Positions 10,220 through 20,306 are shown, numbered from the stretch's first letter. The stretch is 64,000 bases of DNA from an uncultured Gemmatimonadales bacterium (GCA_963708135.1 OY970192.1:2752001-2816000); one strand, 5' to 3'. The notes: a model not told the origin generated them from the sequence alone. Numbers and translations are program-made.

Positions 10220-11581
10220 CTAGTGGAACGTCCCGAACAGGTCCGTGGTCGGCCAGCTCGTGACCTGCTGGGAGGCGGTCCAGAGGTCGGCGTCGAGGTC
10301 GGCGGCGAAGAGGTCGCCGGCGGGGCTCTCGGTGCGGGCGTTGAAGAAGGCGGCCCACTCGAGGCCGTTCCAGGCGCGCACCACCAGCGTGCTCGTGCCG
10401 GGGAGGCTGCCGTTGTGCCACCAGTTGGCGTCGCCGTTCGATGGGCGGACGAGCCAGCCCATGGCGTACCAGTAGGCGCTGCCGGTCCAGGTGGCGTTGG
10501 CGGCGGAAGGCCGGGCCGTCATGGTCTGGAGCGTCGCGGCGGAGAGCAGGTCCGGCCGGTCGGCGCGGCCGTCTACGGCGCCCAGGAAGCGAAGGTAGTC
10601 GATGGTCGAGGACACCCAGGCGCCGTGCGAGTCCATCGCCTCGAGGTAGAAGCCGCCGTACGGCGTCGGTACCGAGCCCTCGCCCGGGAAGACCGACTGG
10701 GTCGTCTGGTAGCTCAGCCCCTGCCCCGGCACCGCGTAATAGCGGACCTCGCCGGGCGCCGCCTCCGACAGGCGGGTGCGGCCCTGCACCATGTGCAGCA
10801 CCCCGGCGGGCGCCAGGATGTTCTGCCGGACCCAGTCGGCGTACGGCGTGCCGGTGACGCGCTCGATCACCCTTCCGAGGACGTCGTAGCCGAAGTTGGA
10901 GTAGGCGTACCGGGTGCCCGGATCAAACTGGAGCGGCTGTCCGCGCATGTAGCGGATCACCGTCTCCGCGCTGGCCGGCGCGGGCGCGCCCACCGCATCC
11001 GCCGCGGTCTGCGGCCGGAACATCGGATCGAAGCTCTGCTGGCTGTCCCAGCCGCCGGAGTGCTGAAGGAGCTGCTCGACGGTGATGAGCTTCAGGCGCG
11101 GGTCCTCCGTCGCGCCCGCCGGTGGCTCGAGGTCGGAGAGATGGGAGAACGCGCGGTCGCCGAGGTCCAGCTTCCCGTCCTGGTACAGCTTCATGACGGC
11201 CGCTGCCGTGATCGGCTTCGACAGGCTCGCCACCCTGAACAGCGCATCAGGCTCGGCCTTCACCTTCCCCTCGACATCCGCCCAGCCGTAACCGTGCGCG
11301 AACACCAGCCTCCCGTCCTTCACCACCGCCACCGCGCCCCCCGGGATGCCGTACTGCTTCATCAGCGCCGGGATGATCCGGTCGTAGCTCTCCATCCCCG
11401 GCGATGCCGGACCCGTGATCGGAATCGAGTCGCTTCCCGCCGGGGTGGTCGGCGTCGTGTCCGGCGGCGGAGCCGTCTTCGTCACGCCCGTGGGCTCGCC
11501 GCCGCCGCAGGCCGCCAGCAGGGCGAGACCGAGAGCGGCGGCCGCCGCTCTCGTGTTCCGTAGGCCTGGGGTCCAGCTCAT
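10220..11581 (-). CDS. Serine hydrolase / beta-lactamase-family lipoprotein
   Basis: Lipobox LAAC, FRVASLSK (SxxK), YSNFGY, HNGSLPG. Confidence 0.9.
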   Translation of the reverse strand: MSWTPGLRNTRAAAAALGLALLAACGGGEPTGVTKTAPPPDTTPTTPAGSDSIPITGPASPGMESYDRIIPALMKQYGIPGGAVAVVKDGRLVFAHGYGWADVEGKVKAEPDALFRVASLSKPITAAAVMKLYQDGKLDLGDRAFSHLSDLEPPAGATEDPRLKLITVEQLLQHSGGWDSQQSFDPMFRPQTAADAVGAPAPASAETVIRYMRGQPLQFDPGTRYAYSNFGYDVLGRVIERVTGTPYADWVRQNILAPAGVLHMVQGRTRLSEAAPGEVRYYAVPGQGLSYQTTQSVFPGEGSVPTPYGGFYLEAMDSHGAWVSSTIDYLRFLGAVDGRADRPDLLSAATLQTMTARPSAANATWTGSAYWYAMGWLVRPSNGDANWWHNGSLPGTSTLVVRAWNGLEWAAFFNARTESPAGDLFAADLDADLWTASQQVTSWPTTDLFGTFH

Positions 11582-11679
11582 ACCGCGCTCCCTCGCGAGG
11601 TCCTCTGCGTCCACCCCTGTATACAGAAACTAGCGCGGGCGGCTCCGCGCCGCCAGCGGAGCGGGGCGCCGGGGGTTCA

Positions 11680-11818
11680 GCGCACCGCTCCGCTCCTCGG
11701 GCTCAGGGCGCGACGACGGGCACGGTGAAAGGGCCCGGGATCATGGGCGCACCGCTCCGCCTTCCCGGGCTCAGGGCCCCACGACGAGCACGGTGAAGGA
11801 CCCGGGGATCATGGGCGG
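11680..11818. repeat. ~68-bp imperfect tandem duplication of the YncE gene 3' end
   Basis: 11701-11750 resembles 11769-11818; the copies encode PMIPGPFTVPVVAP* and PMIPGSFTVLVVGP*. Confidence 0.8.
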
Positions 11819-12823
11819 CCGGCGGCGCTGGCCGGGCGCGGCGGCGGGGGCCGGGCCGAACCTCGCGGCGGGCGTGAACACGCGGTGCGTGCGGGTGTCG
11901 AGCGTGATCGTACGCGCGCTGGCCTGGGTCGGCACCGTCGCCACGACGGAGTACTTGTCGGGCGAATCCTCGTGGACGACGGTGAGCGTTCCGTCGCGGC
12001 CGTTGGGGCTGAAGGCGAGGCCGGTGGCCGGATCGAACGCCGCCCCGTCCACGCCTCGCCCGATGGGGACGGTGGTGACGAGCTTGTGGCCGGCGGCGTC
12101 GCTCACGGCCAGGATCCCGTTGCCGCAGGCGGAGAAGAGGCGGTGGTGGGCGTTGTCGAGCGCCAGCCCGCTCGGCTCCTCGCAGGGGGCGATCGACCAG
12201 CGCGCCTCCTCCTTCAAGGTCCGGCCGTCGAAGGCGACGATCTCGCCCTTGTCCTCGATGTTCGCGAAGATCCGCCCGGTGCCGTCGGCCACCGCCTCCT
12301 CCGGCTTGCCGCCCAGGGCGAGCGTGCCGATGACCTTCCCGCCGGCGGCATCGATCGCGGTCGTGTTGCCGCTCCGTCCGTTGAAGGTGAAGACGCGCCT
12401 GGTCGCCGGGTCGTAGAGGATGGCGTCCGGGTTCTGCCCCGTCGTGGCGATGGAGCCGGTGGTGGCGAGCGTCTTCGTGTCGAACACCGTCACCTGGTTC
12501 GCACGCCCGTCGCTCACGAAGCCCCGCCCGAGCTCCGGTGCGATCGCGATCCCGTGCACCCCCTGCGTGTTCGCGATCTCGCCGACCGGCTTGCCCGTGT
12601 CCAGGTCGAGCACGTGCACCCGGTCCGCGTGGGACACGTACAGGCGCCGCGCCGCCGCGTCCGCGTACAGGTAGTCCCAGAACCCCTGGTCCCCGCCTAC
12701 CGCCCAGCGGGCCGTGACGTGGTAGCCCGCGCCCTGCGCGCGCAGGACCGCGGGAAGGACCAGGACGAGCGCGACGAGAAGCGATCCTGCGCGGGATGGG
12801 CGAGACGGACGCCGCGGTTCCAT
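11771..12823 (-). CDS. YncE-family beta-propeller (YVTN-like) secreted protein
   Basis: Signal peptide, WDYLYAD, GVHGIAIAPELGRGFVSDG, NPDAILYDP, ARTITLD. Confidence 0.85.
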   Translation of the reverse strand: MEPRRPSRPSRAGSLLVALVLVLPAVLRAQGAGYHVTARWAVGGDQGFWDYLYADAAARRLYVSHADRVHVLDLDTGKPVGEIANTQGVHGIAIAPELGRGFVSDGRANQVTVFDTKTLATTGSIATTGQNPDAILYDPATRRVFTFNGRSGNTTAIDAAGGKVIGTLALGGKPEEAVADGTGRIFANIEDKGEIVAFDGRTLKEEARWSIAPCEEPSGLALDNAHHRLFSACGNGILAVSDAAGHKLVTTVPIGRGVDGAAFDPATGLAFSPNGRDGTLTVVHEDSPDKYSVVATVPTQASARTITLDTRTHRVFTPAARFGPAPAAAPGQRRRPPMIPGSFTVLVVGP

Positions 12824-12915
12824 GAGAAGCTCTCCGGTGAGGGATGCTGGATGGGACAGCAAGGAGTACAGACAACCTGCGGCCCGCGTTTGTCCGCGGA
12901 AAGGCGCACATGCAC

Positions 12916-12966
12916 TTGACTCCACGGTCGCCGTCATGCATCCTTTCCCCTGAACATTTCATGGAA
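12916..12966 (+). promoter_or_regulatory. Putative padR promoter and operator
   Basis: TTGACT (12916) N17 CATCCT (12939); imperfect palindrome TCCCCTGAA-CAT-TTCATGGAA at 12946-12966. Confidence 0.45.
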
Positions 12967-13092
12967 GGCGACGACGCGCGCCCGAGACTCCCCCGCCGCG
13001 CCGACCAATGCCCGGGCGCCGATTCGTCGGGTGGGCCGGGTGTGCCGATCCGCTGTACCGAGAAAGGGAGGCGCGAGCTGGCCGAAACCAAC

Positions 13093-13410
13093 ATGGCCCT
13101 GCTCCAGGGCACGCTGGACCTCCTGGTCCTGAAGACGCTCATGTGGGGACCGCGGCACGGGTATGCGATCGCGGGGTGGATCCTGGACACGAGCGGCGAG
13201 GAGCTGCGGATCGAGGACGGGGCGCTGTACACGGCGCTGCACCGGATGGAGAAGCGGGGCTGGCTGGCCTCGGAGTGGGGGCTCTCGGAGAACAACCGGA
13301 AGGCGAAGTATTACCGGCTGACGGCCGCGGGCCGGCGGCAGCTGGCGGCGGAGTCGGCGCTGTGGGAGCGGTACGCGGCGGCGGTGTTCCGGGTGCTGCG
13401 GACGGCATGA
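13093..13410 (+). CDS. PadR family transcriptional regulator (ADOP-associated type)
   Basis: LLQGTLDLLVLKTL..GPRHGYAI, GALYTALHRME, WGLSENNRKAKYYRLT; may start at CTG 13078. Confidence 0.93.
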   Translation: MALLQGTLDLLVLKTLMWGPRHGYAIAGWILDTSGEELRIEDGALYTALHRMEKRGWLASEWGLSENNRKAKYYRLTAAGRRQLAAESALWERYAAAVFRVLRTA

Positions 13411-13440
13411 GCCGGGAAGCGCGCCGGACCAAGCGTACGA

Positions 13441-13768
13441 GCACCGGGAGGTCTCGATCCAAGGGCGCAGCCGTGCGTGCGCGCAGCGGTGAACTCCCCA
13501 CCCGTACCCGGGCGCAGAGACGGCTGGGGAGTTGACCGCGGTATTCGTTGTCAACTCCCCAAGGGCCGCAGGTTCATGGGAACGATTGGGGAGTTTGCCG
13601 CGCTATTCGCAGTCAAGTCCCCAAGCATCGATTCCACAGCCGACCCGTGGGGACTTTCCAGCCCTCGCGGGCTGGCGTCATCCCGCATGCCGGTGGGGAC
13701 TTGCCTGCCCTCGCGGGCTGGATGCGTCATCCCGCATCCCGGTGGGGTCTTCCTCCCCTGGCGGGCCC
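13441..13768. repeat. Dispersed palindromic repeat element, copy 2, with extra ~47-bp tandem tail
   Basis: Boxes at 13489, 13525, 13550, 13587, 13612, 13648; then about 2.5 copies of GTGGGGACTT.C..CCCTCGCGGGCTGG..CGTCATCCCGCAT.CCG. Confidence 0.85.
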
Positions 13769-13779
13769 GAGGTGTCGGG

Positions 13780-13853
13780 GCGGCAGCCGGCGGCGAAGTC
13801 GGCGCTGCGGGAACGATACGCGGCGGCGGTGTTCCGGGCTTTACGGGCGGCGG
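13780..13853 (+). repeat. Diverged duplicate of the padR 3' end
   Basis: Matches 13335-13408; reads RQPAAKSALRERYAAAVFRALRAA versus RQLAAESALWERYAAAVFRVLRTA. Confidence 0.85.
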
Positions 13854-13889
13854 TAGGCGGGACGGAAACGGGTGACACGGAGGCGATCC

Positions 13890-16616
13890 ATGGATGGATT
13901 TCCCGGACTGCGGCGGATCTTCCGGCTTCCGGCGTCGGCCTCGCGGGTGGGCGAGGACGTGGACGCGGAGCTGGCGTTCCACGTGGAGGAGCGTGTGCGC
14001 GAGCTGGTGGCGGCGGGGCGGACCGAGGAGGAGGCACGCGCGGAGGCGCTGGCCGGCTTCTCGGACCTGGACGCGACGCGCGCGGAGCTTCGCCGGCTGG
14101 ACCGGGAGCGGGTGGGAGCGGAGCGGCGGGCGGAGTGGTGGCGGGCGCTCGCGCAGGACGCGCGGCATGCGCTGCGCGGGCTGCGCAAGCGCCCGGGCCT
14201 CGCGCTGGTGGTGGCGCTGACGCTCGGGATCGGCGTGGGCGCGAACGCGACGATGTTCGGGATCCTGGACCGGGTGCTGCTGGAGCCGCCGCCGCATATC
14301 GCGAATCCGGAGCGGGTGCGGCGGATCTACTTCAAGGTCCGTTTTGGCGGGGAGGAATACACGCAGCAGCGCACGTCGTATCCGGACTACGAAGCGGTGC
14401 GGGACGGCGCGCGCGGCTTCGAGGCGCTGGCGGCGTCCTCGCGGGGGTCGCTCTCGCTGGGGAGCGGCACGTCCGCCGAGAAGCTGACGGACGTGGAGGC
14501 GACGGCGAACTACTTCGAGGTCCTGGGGACCAAGCCGGTGCTGGGCCGCTTCTTCACGGCCGCGGAGGCGGGCCCTCAGGCCGCGCGGCGCGTGGCGGTG
14601 CTGTCGTGGGGGCTGTGGCAGCGCAGGTTCGGCGGCGCGAACGACGCGCTGGGGCAGCAGATCCGCCTGAACGGCGATCCGTACACGGTGATCGGCGTGG
14701 CGCCGCGCGGCTTCACGGGACCGGACCTGGAGCGGGTGGATCTGTGGATCCCGCTGGGCACGGCCACGATCGCGATCGAGGAGTGGTCGCACTCGCGCAA
14801 CTGGTACTGGCTCTCGATCATCGGGCGGCTGAAGCCGGGCGTCGATCCGGGCGTGGCCGAGGCGCAGGCGACGGCGGCGTACCGCGCGGGCCGGGCGGCG
14901 TGGCGGGAGGAGCAGGTGGCGGCCGGGAAGGGCTCCGATGGTGCGTTCGGCCCCGGGAAGATCCTGCTCGGTCCGGTGCTCGAGACGCGGGGCCCGGAGG
15001 CCCCGCCGGAGGCCAAGATCGCGGCGTGGCTGGGCGGCGTGTCGCTGGTCGTGCTGCTGATCGCGTGCGCCAACGTGGCGAACCTGCTGCTGGCGCACGC
15101 GATCTCGCGGCGCCGGGAGATCGCGGTGCGTCTGGCACTCGGCGTGGGGCGGCGTCGCCTGGTGACGCAGCTCCTGACGGAGAGCCTGGTGCTGGCGGCG
15201 GCCGGCGGGGCGGCCGGGCTGGCACTGACCTGGTGGGGCGCGGCGGCGCTGCGGCGCCTGCTGCTCTTGGACGTGGCGTGGGAGGGCGCGCCGGTGGACG
15301 GGCCGGTGCTCCTCTTCGCGCTGGGCGCGGTGCTCTTCACCGGGATCGTGACGGGCCTGGTCCCGGCGCTGCAGGCGAGCAGCCCGGACCTCTCGGCGGC
15401 GCTCAAGTCGGGGGTGCGGGAGGGGACGCACAGGCGCTCGCGCACGCGCACGGCGCTCCTGGTGACGCAGGCCGCGCTCTGCACGCTGCTCCTGGTGGGG
15501 GCGGGGCTGTTCGTGCGCAGCCTGCACCGCGTGACGTCGCAGGACCTGGGGATGGACCTCGATCACGTGCTGGTGGCGTGGGTGAACCCGGGCGCCAGCC
15601 TCCAGCGCGATCCCGCGGACCAGGACGCCTTCTACCTGGCCGCGCGCGAGCGGCTGGCCGCGGTCCCGGGCGTCACGCGCACCGCGATCGGCCGCACCAT
15701 CCCGTTCCGCAGCAGCTACGGCGCCCACCTTTCGGTCGAGGGGCGGGACTCGCTGCCCAGGTTCGATGACGCCGGGCCGTACGTTTACTCCGTCTCCCCC
15801 GGCTACCTGGCCACGGTCGGCACGAGGGTGCTGCGCGGCCGGCCGTTCAACGCCGGCGACGTGAAGGGCTCGGCGCGCGTGGCGATCGTGGGGGAAACCT
15901 TCGCGCGCACGGTCTGGCCGGGTCAGGATCCGATCGGCAAGTGCGTGCGCATCGGCGAGCCGCCCCAGCCGTGCACGACCGTGGTGGGCGTGGCCGCGGA
16001 CATCCACCGCGAGGAGATGGAGCCGAAGAAGACCGGCATCTACTACGTCCCCTTCACCCAGGCGCCGGACTGGCTCGGCCCGCGCGCCGTATTCCTGCGC
16101 ACGGCGACCCCCGCGGCGGGGCTCGCACTCCCGGTCCGGCAGGCACTCGAGTCGGTGCGGCCCGGCCTACCCTACGCGGACGTGCACACCCTTGCCGACC
16201 TCGTCGCGCCGGGGATCCGCCCGTGGCGGCTGGGCGCCACCATGTTCACCATCTTCGGCGCGATGGCGCTCCTGCTCGCGGCCGTCGGGCTCTACAGCGT
16301 CCTCGCCTACGCGGTCACGCAGCGCCGCCACGAGTTCGGCGTGCGCGTGGCGCTCGGCGCCGGGGCCGGCGCGGTCGTTCGGCTGGTGGTCGGGGAGGGC
16401 GCGCGCGTGGCGCTGGCCGGCGTCGCCATCGGCGCGGCGGCGGCGCTGCTGGCCGGCAAGGCGCTCGCGCCGCTCCTCTTCCAGACCTCGCCCCGCGACC
16501 CGCTGGTCTTCGGCGGCGTGGCGCTCACGCTGCTCGCGGTCGCCGTCGCCGCCAGCGCGCTGCCCGCGTGGAGCGCCGCGAGGACGGACCCGCTGAGGAC
16601 GCTAAAGGCGGAGTGA
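13890..16616 (+). CDS. ADOP-type duplicated ABC permease
   Basis: [56 protein letters not shown]. Confidence 0.92.
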   Translation: MDGFPGLRRIFRLPASASRVGEDVDAELAFHVEERVRELVAAGRTEEEARAEALAGFSDLDATRAELRRLDRERVGAERRAEWWRALAQDARHALRGLRKRPGLALVVALTLGIGVGANATMFGILDRVLLEPPPHIANPERVRRIYFKVRFGGEEYTQQRTSYPDYEAVRDGARGFEALAASSRGSLSLGSGTSAEKLTDVEATANYFEVLGTKPVLGRFFTAAEAGPQAARRVAVLSWGLWQRRFGGANDALGQQIRLNGDPYTVIGVAPRGFTGPDLERVDLWIPLGTATIAIEEWSHSRNWYWLSIIGRLKPGVDPGVAEAQATAAYRAGRAAWREEQVAAGKGSDGAFGPGKILLGPVLETRGPEAPPEAKIAAWLGGVSLVVLLIACANVANLLLAHAISRRREIAVRLALGVGRRRLVTQLLTESLVLAAAGGAAGLALTWWGAAALRRLLLLDVAWEGAPVDGPVLLFALGAVLFTGIVTGLVPALQASSPDLSAALKSGVREGTHRRSRTRTALLVTQAALCTLLLVGAGLFVRSLHRVTSQDLGMDLDHVLVAWVNPGASLQRDPADQDAFYLAARERLAAVPGVTRTAIGRTIPFRSSYGAHLSVEGRDSLPRFDDAGPYVYSVSPGYLATVGTRVLRGRPFNAGDVKGSARVAIVGETFARTVWPGQDPIGKCVRIGEPPQPCTTVVGVAADIHREEMEPKKTGIYYVPFTQAPDWLGPRAVFLRTATPAAGLALPVRQALESVRPGLPYADVHTLADLVAPGIRPWRLGATMFTIFGAMALLLAAVGLYSVLAYAVTQRRHEFGVRVALGAGAGAVVRLVVGEGARVALAGVAIGAAAALLAGKALAPLLFQTSPRDPLVFGGVALTLLAVAVAASALPAWSAARTDPLRTLKAE

Positions 16617-16629
16617 GGGCTCCGGCCGT

Positions 16630-17313
16630 TCAGCCGCCCGGATTCGCCGCCTCGACCTGCTGCCTCCACGCCTCGTTGGCGTAGAGCGCGACCTCGATGC
16701 GACGGTTCTGCTGGCGGCCCGCGTCCGTCGCGTTGGACGCGATCGGGTCCGTCTCTCCCATCCCCTTCGTCGCCACGCGTGAGGGCGTGACGCCGATCGA
16801 CTCGAGGTAGGCGGCGGCCGATTGCGCCCGCCGCTCCGAGAGCGACTGGTTGTAGGTCTCGGTGCCGACCGAGTCAGTATGTCCGATGATGAGGACGTTC
16901 TCGTTCGGGTACTGCTTCAGGCTCGCCGCGAGGTTCTGGAGGTTGTCCTGCGCGGCGGCGCGCAGCGCCGAGGAGTCGAAGTCGAAGAGCAGCCCCGAGG
17001 GGAAGCTCACCACCATCCCTTCGCCCACGCGGGTGACGGTCGCACCCGGCACCGTCGCCTCGATCTGCTTGGCCTGCTGGTCCATCTGATGGCCGATGAC
17101 CGCGCCGGCCACGCCACCCACGGCCGCGCCGATGATGGCGCCGCGGGCGGTGTTGCCCGTCACGTGTCCTATCACGGCGCCGGCGGCCGCACCGGCGCCC
17201 GCGCCGATGGCCGCGCCCTTCTCCGTCTTGTTGAGCGCGCAGCCGGCGAGGCCGAAGTTCGCCAGCGTCGCGAGCGTCGCCGCCGCCAGTACGCCGCGTC
17301 TCGCTCCGGTCAT
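16630..17313 (-). CDS. OmpA family lipoprotein with glycine zipper
   Basis: LAGC lipobox, GAAIGAGAGA zipper, GHTDS.G...YNQSLSERRA, GRQQNRRIE. Confidence 0.93.
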   Translation of the reverse strand: MTGARRGVLAAATLATLANFGLAGCALNKTEKGAAIGAGAGAAAGAVIGHVTGNTARGAIIGAAVGGVAGAVIGHQMDQQAKQIEATVPGATVTRVGEGMVVSFPSGLLFDFDSSALRAAAQDNLQNLAASLKQYPNENVLIIGHTDSVGTETYNQSLSERRAQSAAAYLESIGVTPSRVATKGMGETDPIASNATDAGRQQNRRIEVALYANEAWRQQVEAANPGG

Positions 17314-17458
17314 GAGAGCCCCCGTGGTCCTGGTTTCGTTTGTTGCTTCCGGGGGAAAGTGGGAGCAAGGGTGGTGCCAGAAGGGGCCGGAGATTCGGGG
17401 CTCGTTCGGGTTCGGCGGCATTCGCGCCCGATGATCGGCGCGTGCGTGTCCCGGCCCA

Positions 17459-18685
17459 CTACTTCAGATGCAGGTTCAGTACGGGCAGCCAGCGCAGCGG
17501 CGGGCGGTTGTTCGCGGCGTGGTTGAGCAGCCCGATCTGCACGCCGTGCAGCTCGCGGGCGGAGTTGAAGACGCCGATCGCGAGGCCGCGCTGCACGCCG
17601 CGGATGTCGTTGTAGCCGGCGAGGGTGAGGCCGGCCTGCTCGCGGGTCTTGACCCAGCCGGCGGCGCCGAGGCCGTGCACCGCGCCGGCGTCGATCTTGT
17701 AGCCGGCGAGCGCGGCGCCGCGCACGGCGCCCTGCGCCACGATCCCGAGGCCGGCGGCGGTGAGCCAGGCGACGTCGCCCTGTCCGACGACCGCGAGCCC
17801 CGCCGCGCTCACGCCCGTCACGTCGCCCTGTGCGACGACGGCGAGGCCGGCGGCGCTCACGCCGCGCATCCGGCCCTGCCCGACCACGGCCAGCCCCGCG
17901 AGGCTGGCGCCCGTCATGTCGCCGCCCGACACGGTGGCGAGGCCGGCGATGGCGATCCCGCTCAAGCCGCCCTGCGCCACGGTGGCGAGACCGGCCACGC
18001 TCAGGCCGGCGGTGGCGCCCTGCGAGACGGTGGCGAGGCCGGCGATGCCGATCCCCTCCATGTCGCCCTCGGCCACGGTGCCGAGGCCGGAGAGGCTGAT
18101 GCCGCGCATGCGCCCCTGCGAGACGACGCCGAGCCCGCCGAGGCTGATCCCCTGGACGTCCTCGTTGCCGACGATGCCGAGCCCGGCGAGGTTGATGCCG
18201 TGCATCCCGCCGTTCGAGACGAGGCCGAGGCCGGCGAGGGAGATCCCGTCCATCCCGCTCTCGGCGACGACGCCGAGCCCGCCCACCGTCAGCCCGCGCA
18301 TGGTGCCGTTGGAGACGGCGCCCGCCAGGCCGAGGTTGAGCCCCGAGAGCTCCAGCTCGCCCACGGGGCCGCCGAGCCCGAGGTTCAGCCCGCGCAGCCG
18401 CGCGCCGGCGGGCGCGAGCCCGAGCGAGATGCCCGTGAAGGTGCCGGTGGGGTGCTCGTCGGGGCGCCAGAGCGTGATGTTCAGCCCGCTCACCCGCTCG
18501 ACCCCGCGGTCGACCCAGTTGATGCGGACTCCCGTCCAGCGGGGCGAGTTGCCGATGCTCAGCCCGACGTGCTGGATGCCGAGGTCGATCGACCCGCCGG
18601 CCTGGGCGGCGGCGGCGGCGGGAAGGGCGAAGACAGGGACGATCGCGAGGACGGCGGCGATTGCACGGGCTCGCATGGCGCTCAT
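17459..18685 (-). CDS. Secreted beta-solenoid repeat protein (LA_2272-like)
   Basis: Signal peptide and more than ten 16-aa repeats G-x-M/V-x-G-I/V-S-x-A-G-L-x-x-V; C-terminal GVQIGLLN...LPVLN. Confidence 0.7.
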   Translation of the reverse strand: MSAMRARAIAAVLAIVPVFALPAAAAAQAGGSIDLGIQHVGLSIGNSPRWTGVRINWVDRGVERVSGLNITLWRPDEHPTGTFTGISLGLAPAGARLRGLNLGLGGPVGELELSGLNLGLAGAVSNGTMRGLTVGGLGVVAESGMDGISLAGLGLVSNGGMHGINLAGLGIVGNEDVQGISLGGLGVVSQGRMRGISLSGLGTVAEGDMEGIGIAGLATVSQGATAGLSVAGLATVAQGGLSGIAIAGLATVSGGDMTGASLAGLAVVGQGRMRGVSAAGLAVVAQGDVTGVSAAGLAVVGQGDVAWLTAAGLGIVAQGAVRGAALAGYKIDAGAVHGLGAAGWVKTREQAGLTLAGYNDIRGVQRGLAIGVFNSARELHGVQIGLLNHAANNRPPLRWLPVLNLHLK

Positions 18686-18824
18686 CGGTTCGGGAACGGA
18701 GTGGCGGTCGCGAACCTTACGCCCGCCGGGGCGCGGGGGTTTCCAGCGCCTGTGCGGACCTCCGCGTCTCCGCGAGACAGAGGCACGCCGGCAAGTGCGG
18801 GGGCACGCGAGGCCGACCAGGGTT

Positions 18825-20132
18825 TCATCGGTCCCCGCGCAGCGAGCCGAAGCCGCGCACCTCCGGGAAGAGCCAGGCGATGCCGAGCACGACGAGGATG
18901 CTGCCGATGCCGCCGGCCACGACGGAGACGACGGGTCCGAAGAGCGCGGCCGTGGCGCCGGACTCGAAGCCGCCCATCTCGTTGGAGGTCCCGATGAAGA
19001 GGGAGTTGATGGCGGCGACGCGGCCGCGCAGGTCATCGGGCGTGAGCACCTGGAGGAGGGTACTCCGGATCACGACGCTGATCATGTCGAAGCCGCCGAC
19101 GGCGGCGAGGCAGAAGAGGGAGAGGGCAAAGGAGCGCGAGAGGCCGAACGCGATCGTCGCCACGCCGAATCCGGAGACCGCCCAGAGCAGCGAGCGGCCG
19201 GCGCGCCCGAGCGGCGGGCGGTGCGCGAGCAGCAGCGCGACGACGAGCGCGCCGACGGAGGGCGCGGCGAGCAGCCAGCCGAGGCCGGTGGGGCCGACGC
19301 GGAGGATGTCCTTGGCGAAGATCGGCAGCAGCATCACCGCGCCGCCGAGCAGCACGGCGAACATGTCGAGGGTGATGATGCCGAAAAGGACGCGGGTCGA
19401 GCGCACGAAGCGCACGCCCGCGATGACCGTCTCGAGCGCGCCGGCGTGGGGGCGCGGCGTGTACGGGCGCGGCTTCACCGGGAAGATCAGCAGCGCGAAG
19501 AGCGCGGCGGCCAGGGCGTCGAGCAGGTAGGCCGGCGCGGCGGCGTGGAACACGGCGATCACGGCGCCGCCGGCGGCGGGCCCGAGGATCGCCGCGAGCT
19601 GGAACAGGCTGCTCCGCCAGGTGGCGCCGTTCGCCAGCAGGTGCACGGGCAGGAGCTGCGGGCCGAGCGAGTCCTTGGCCGGGGAGTGGAACGCGCGGCC
19701 GATGCCGTTCAGCACGAGGAAGGCGTAGAAGAGCGCGATGGAGGCGCGGGCGTGGCTCACGGCGGCCAGCCCGAGCGAGCTCGCGATCATGACCGCCTGC
19801 GCGAAGATCAGCACCTTGCGCCGGGTGAAGCGGTCGGCCACGTGGCCCGCGGGCAGCGTGAGCAGGAAGATCGGCAGCACCTGCGCGAGCCCCACGCCGC
19901 CGAGCGCCAGCGCGGAGCCGGTGCGGTCGTAGAGGTCCCAGCCGACCGCCACGGTCTGCATCTGCACGCCCAGGCTGGCGACGAAGTTGCCGATCACGAA
20001 GCGGCGGAAGTCCGGGAAGCGGAGCGCGGCGTAGGGGTCCTCTCCCTGCTGCGGCTCGGGCGCACGACGCGCTGCCGGGGCGGGCGCGCGATCCGCGGCC
20101 GGCGGCGCCGATCTGTCGTCGGGTCCGTCCAT
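18825..20132 (-). CDS. MFS transporter (EntS/MFS_3-like)
   Basis: AGHVADRFTRRK, LDMFAVLLGGA..LLP.FA.DIL, TPDDLRGRV, SNEMGGFESG. Confidence 0.9.
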   Translation of the reverse strand: MDGPDDRSAPPAADRAPAPAARRAPEPQQGEDPYAALRFPDFRRFVIGNFVASLGVQMQTVAVGWDLYDRTGSALALGGVGLAQVLPIFLLTLPAGHVADRFTRRKVLIFAQAVMIASSLGLAAVSHARASIALFYAFLVLNGIGRAFHSPAKDSLGPQLLPVHLLANGATWRSSLFQLAAILGPAAGGAVIAVFHAAAPAYLLDALAAALFALLIFPVKPRPYTPRPHAGALETVIAGVRFVRSTRVLFGIITLDMFAVLLGGAVMLLPIFAKDILRVGPTGLGWLLAAPSVGALVVALLLAHRPPLGRAGRSLLWAVSGFGVATIAFGLSRSFALSLFCLAAVGGFDMISVVIRSTLLQVLTPDDLRGRVAAINSLFIGTSNEMGGFESGATAALFGPVVSVVAGGIGSILVVLGIAWLFPEVRGFGSLRGDR

Positions 20133-20306
20133 CGGTCTCCGGCAGGTGAGGCGGCCCGCGCGCCGGTCGCGCGGCGCCCAAGGATGGGCACGCGTGCGCG
20201 GCGGGGGCAAGGTGCTGTCGCGGAGCGCATCGCCTTTACAGGTGACGCGGCGAGAGCGTAACGTTGCCTCATACCCCTTCCCCCGGCACGAGCGTACGAG
20301 GCGTCC

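Noticed and set aside
13441..13768. CRISPR array
   Set aside because: Boxes are only 12 nt and alternate in orientation, linkers are conserved between the two copies, and no cas genes are present.
13335..13853. DGR template/variable repeat pair (also considered for 11701-11818)
   Set aside because: Mismatches are not restricted to adenines on one strand, and there is no reverse transcriptase in the window.
17600..18400. Non-coding DNA repeat array
   Set aside because: The 48-nt periodicity is explained by 16-aa repeats of the minus-strand solenoid protein.
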